A stretch of DNA of 64,000 nucleotides from Thermoanaerobaculia bacterium (GTDB taxonomy: Bacteria > Acidobacteriota > Thermoanaerobaculia > Multivoradales > UBA5704): NCBI GenBank assembly GCA_035544875.1, contig DASZZP010000038.1, positions 64,147-128,146 on the forward strand. The letters run 5' to 3'. Of this stretch, positions 62,803-64,000 are shown piece by piece; the first letter of the stretch is position 1, and each line of letters opens with the position of its first letter. Position numbers and translations under genes: made by a program. The notes under the pieces were generated by a model that did not search any database, was not told where the DNA came from, and saw nothing but the letters and a program-made list of their open reading frames with translations.

Positions 62803-64000
62803 CTAGCCGGGTTGCTGATCCGCTGCCGAGGCCTCGTCGGGGCGCAGACCAGGCTCGCCGCAGCGCTCGAGGATGGCGGCGCGGACGGCATCGCGCAGGC
62901 GGAGGGCGGCAGACCAATCTGCGCCGTCGGGGCGCTGGGCGGGGGCGAGTGTGACTTCGACCGCGCCGCGACGGAATAGCCAGGCCTCATCGCGGAGGAC
63001 GGTGCGGCTGCCGCGGATGACCGCCGGGACGACCGCGGCGCCCGCCTCCGCGGCGGCCAGGAACGCCCCCATGCGGAACGGGAGCAGGCCCGGAGAGCGT
63101 CGGAGGGTGCCCTCCGGGAAGATGATCAACGACTCGCCGCTCAGCAGCGCCGCGACCGCTTTGCGCACTTCGCCGGTTACCTGGCTGGCGTCGAATCGCT
63201 CGACGAAGAGCGCGCCGACGCGGCGCAGCAGCACCCGCGACAGCAGGTGGTCTTCGAGCTCCCCCTTGACGACGAAGGCGAGCTCGGCGGGAAGCGCGGC
63301 GGAGAGCACGACGCCGTCGAGATAGCTGGCGTGGTTGGAGGCCACGACGAGCGGCCGGCCACCCCCGCCACCACTCCGGACGCCGCCGCCAGGCGCTCCG
63401 GCCCCGGCCGCGGCCAGCCGCTCGAGGCCAGAAACGCGCAGCGGGATGCCGGCGAGCCGGAACATGAGACGCGCCGTGCCGCGCAGCAGGCGGCGGCGGC
63501 GAGCGCGGCCGGGCAGCAGCGCGACGGCTCCCCAGAGCGGCAGTCCGAGCAAGCCGAAGACGAGCCAGGCGTAAGCGGTGTAGAGCAGGGTGCCGGCCAG
63601 GCGGGCGCGGCGCCCAAGCTGCGCTCGGAGGCCGGTCCAGGCGAGGCGGGCGAGCTGCCACCAGAGCGCAGCGCCGCGCCGGCCCAGCCGGCCGCTCGCG
63701 TAGAGGTCGCGGCAGGCCGAGCGCCGCACCTTGCCGCTCGAGGTCTTGGGCACCGCGTGCGGCGGCGCCAGCACCACCTCGTCTGCCGGTGCGCCCAGCA
63801 GATCGACGGTCTTCTCGAGCACCGCCTCGCGCAGCCGCTCGCGCGCCGCCTCCTCGCGCTCGCGCGTCTCGGCGACCACCACCAGGCGCTCGGTACCGGT
63901 CGCCGGATCGGCGCTGCCGAAGGCGGCGACACACCCCCGGCGCACGCCGGGCACCTGACCGACCGCCTCCTCGAGCTCGTGCGGGTAGAGGTTACGCCCG
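62803..64000 (-). CDS. Acyl-CoA/ACP synthetase (AMP-binding C-terminus) fused to a lysophospholipid acyltransferase (Aas-like); the 5' end lies outside the window
   Basis: The frame stays open to the window edge, reading ...GRNLYPHELEEAVGQVPGVRRGCVAAFG...PKTSSGKVRR, which is AMP-binding C-terminal motifs. The acyltransferase domain follows (NHASYLD H-x4-D and FPEGT motifs). Confidence 0.8.
   Translation of the reverse strand, partial: GRNLYPHELEEAVGQVPGVRRGCVAAFGSADPATGTERLVVVAETREREEAARERLREAVLEKTVDLLGAPADEVVLAPPHAVPKTSSGKVRRSACRDLYASGRLGRRGAALWWQLARLAWTGLRAQLGRRARLAGTLLYTAYAWLVFGLLGLPLWGAVALLPGRARRRRLLRGTARLMFRLAGIPLRVSGLERLAAAGAGAPGGGVRSGGGGGRPLVVASNHASYLDGVVLSAALPAELAFVVKGELEDHLLSRVLLRRVGALFVERFDASQVTGEVRKAVAALLSGESLIIFPEGTLRRSPGLLPFRMGAFLAAAEAGAAVVPAVIRGSRTVLRDEAWLFRRGAVEVTLAPAQRPDGADWSAALRLRDAVRAAILERCGEPGLRPDEASAADQQPG

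Noticed and set aside
1-64000. tRNA or rRNA genes
   Set aside because: I scanned the intergenic regions for GTTCGAnTCC T-loop-like boxes and cloverleaf-sized low-GC islands and found none. No rRNA-like conserved segments were seen.

Overview
This is a high-GC (~68-70%) bacterial chromosomal segment. It is almost certainly from an Acidobacterium: it carries a PadR regulator paired with an 'acidobacterial duplicated orphan permease' that has the characteristic permease-prefix domain, a second FtsX-duplicated permease, and a CarboxypepD_reg-plus-TonB-receptor protein. I called about 45 protein-coding genes by domain recognition from the ORF translations. Many overlapping antisense or alternate-frame ORFs in the track are high-GC artefacts and were rejected. 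Coding content is mostly housekeeping and envelope functions: M48 and M12B metalloproteases, a family-39-like membrane glycosyltransferase, RNase D, TatA, HflK/HflC, PncB, an EgtB-like sulfoxide synthase, the LigD-Ku end-joining pair, a CDF metal exporter and a ComEA-like protein. There is also a 1359-aa CheB-CheR-PAS-histidine-kinase-receiver hybrid, a 1338-aa secreted protein built from about 13 CarboxypepD_reg repeats, and a TetR-controlled HMG-CoA-synthase-like/thiolase/DUF35 operon with an obvious operator pair. The most interesting signals are these. (1) An OsmC/Ohr-family peroxidase gene has an in-frame TGA exactly at the peroxidatic cysteine position, followed by a GC hairpin; it is a selenoprotein candidate. 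(2) A glutamine amidotransferase and a PGM1-like ATP-grasp ligase are translationally coupled. (3) A 21-bp perfect inverted repeat buries the RBS and AUG of the CheB/CheR hybrid kinase, making it a candidate RNA switch or inverton. (4) A 201-bp element bounded by 23-bp inverted repeats sits between rnd and an MFS transporter gene. (5) At 19.9-22.8 kb there is a degraded accessory patch with a VapC 3' remnant, Ser/Thr-kinase fragments, a sigma54-activator fragment, an Rx4H plus nucleotidyltransferase pair, a Uma2 endonuclease and an AT-rich island containing a TATAAT. (6) There are several short repeats and gene-fragment duplications. I found no rRNA, tRNA or CRISPR.
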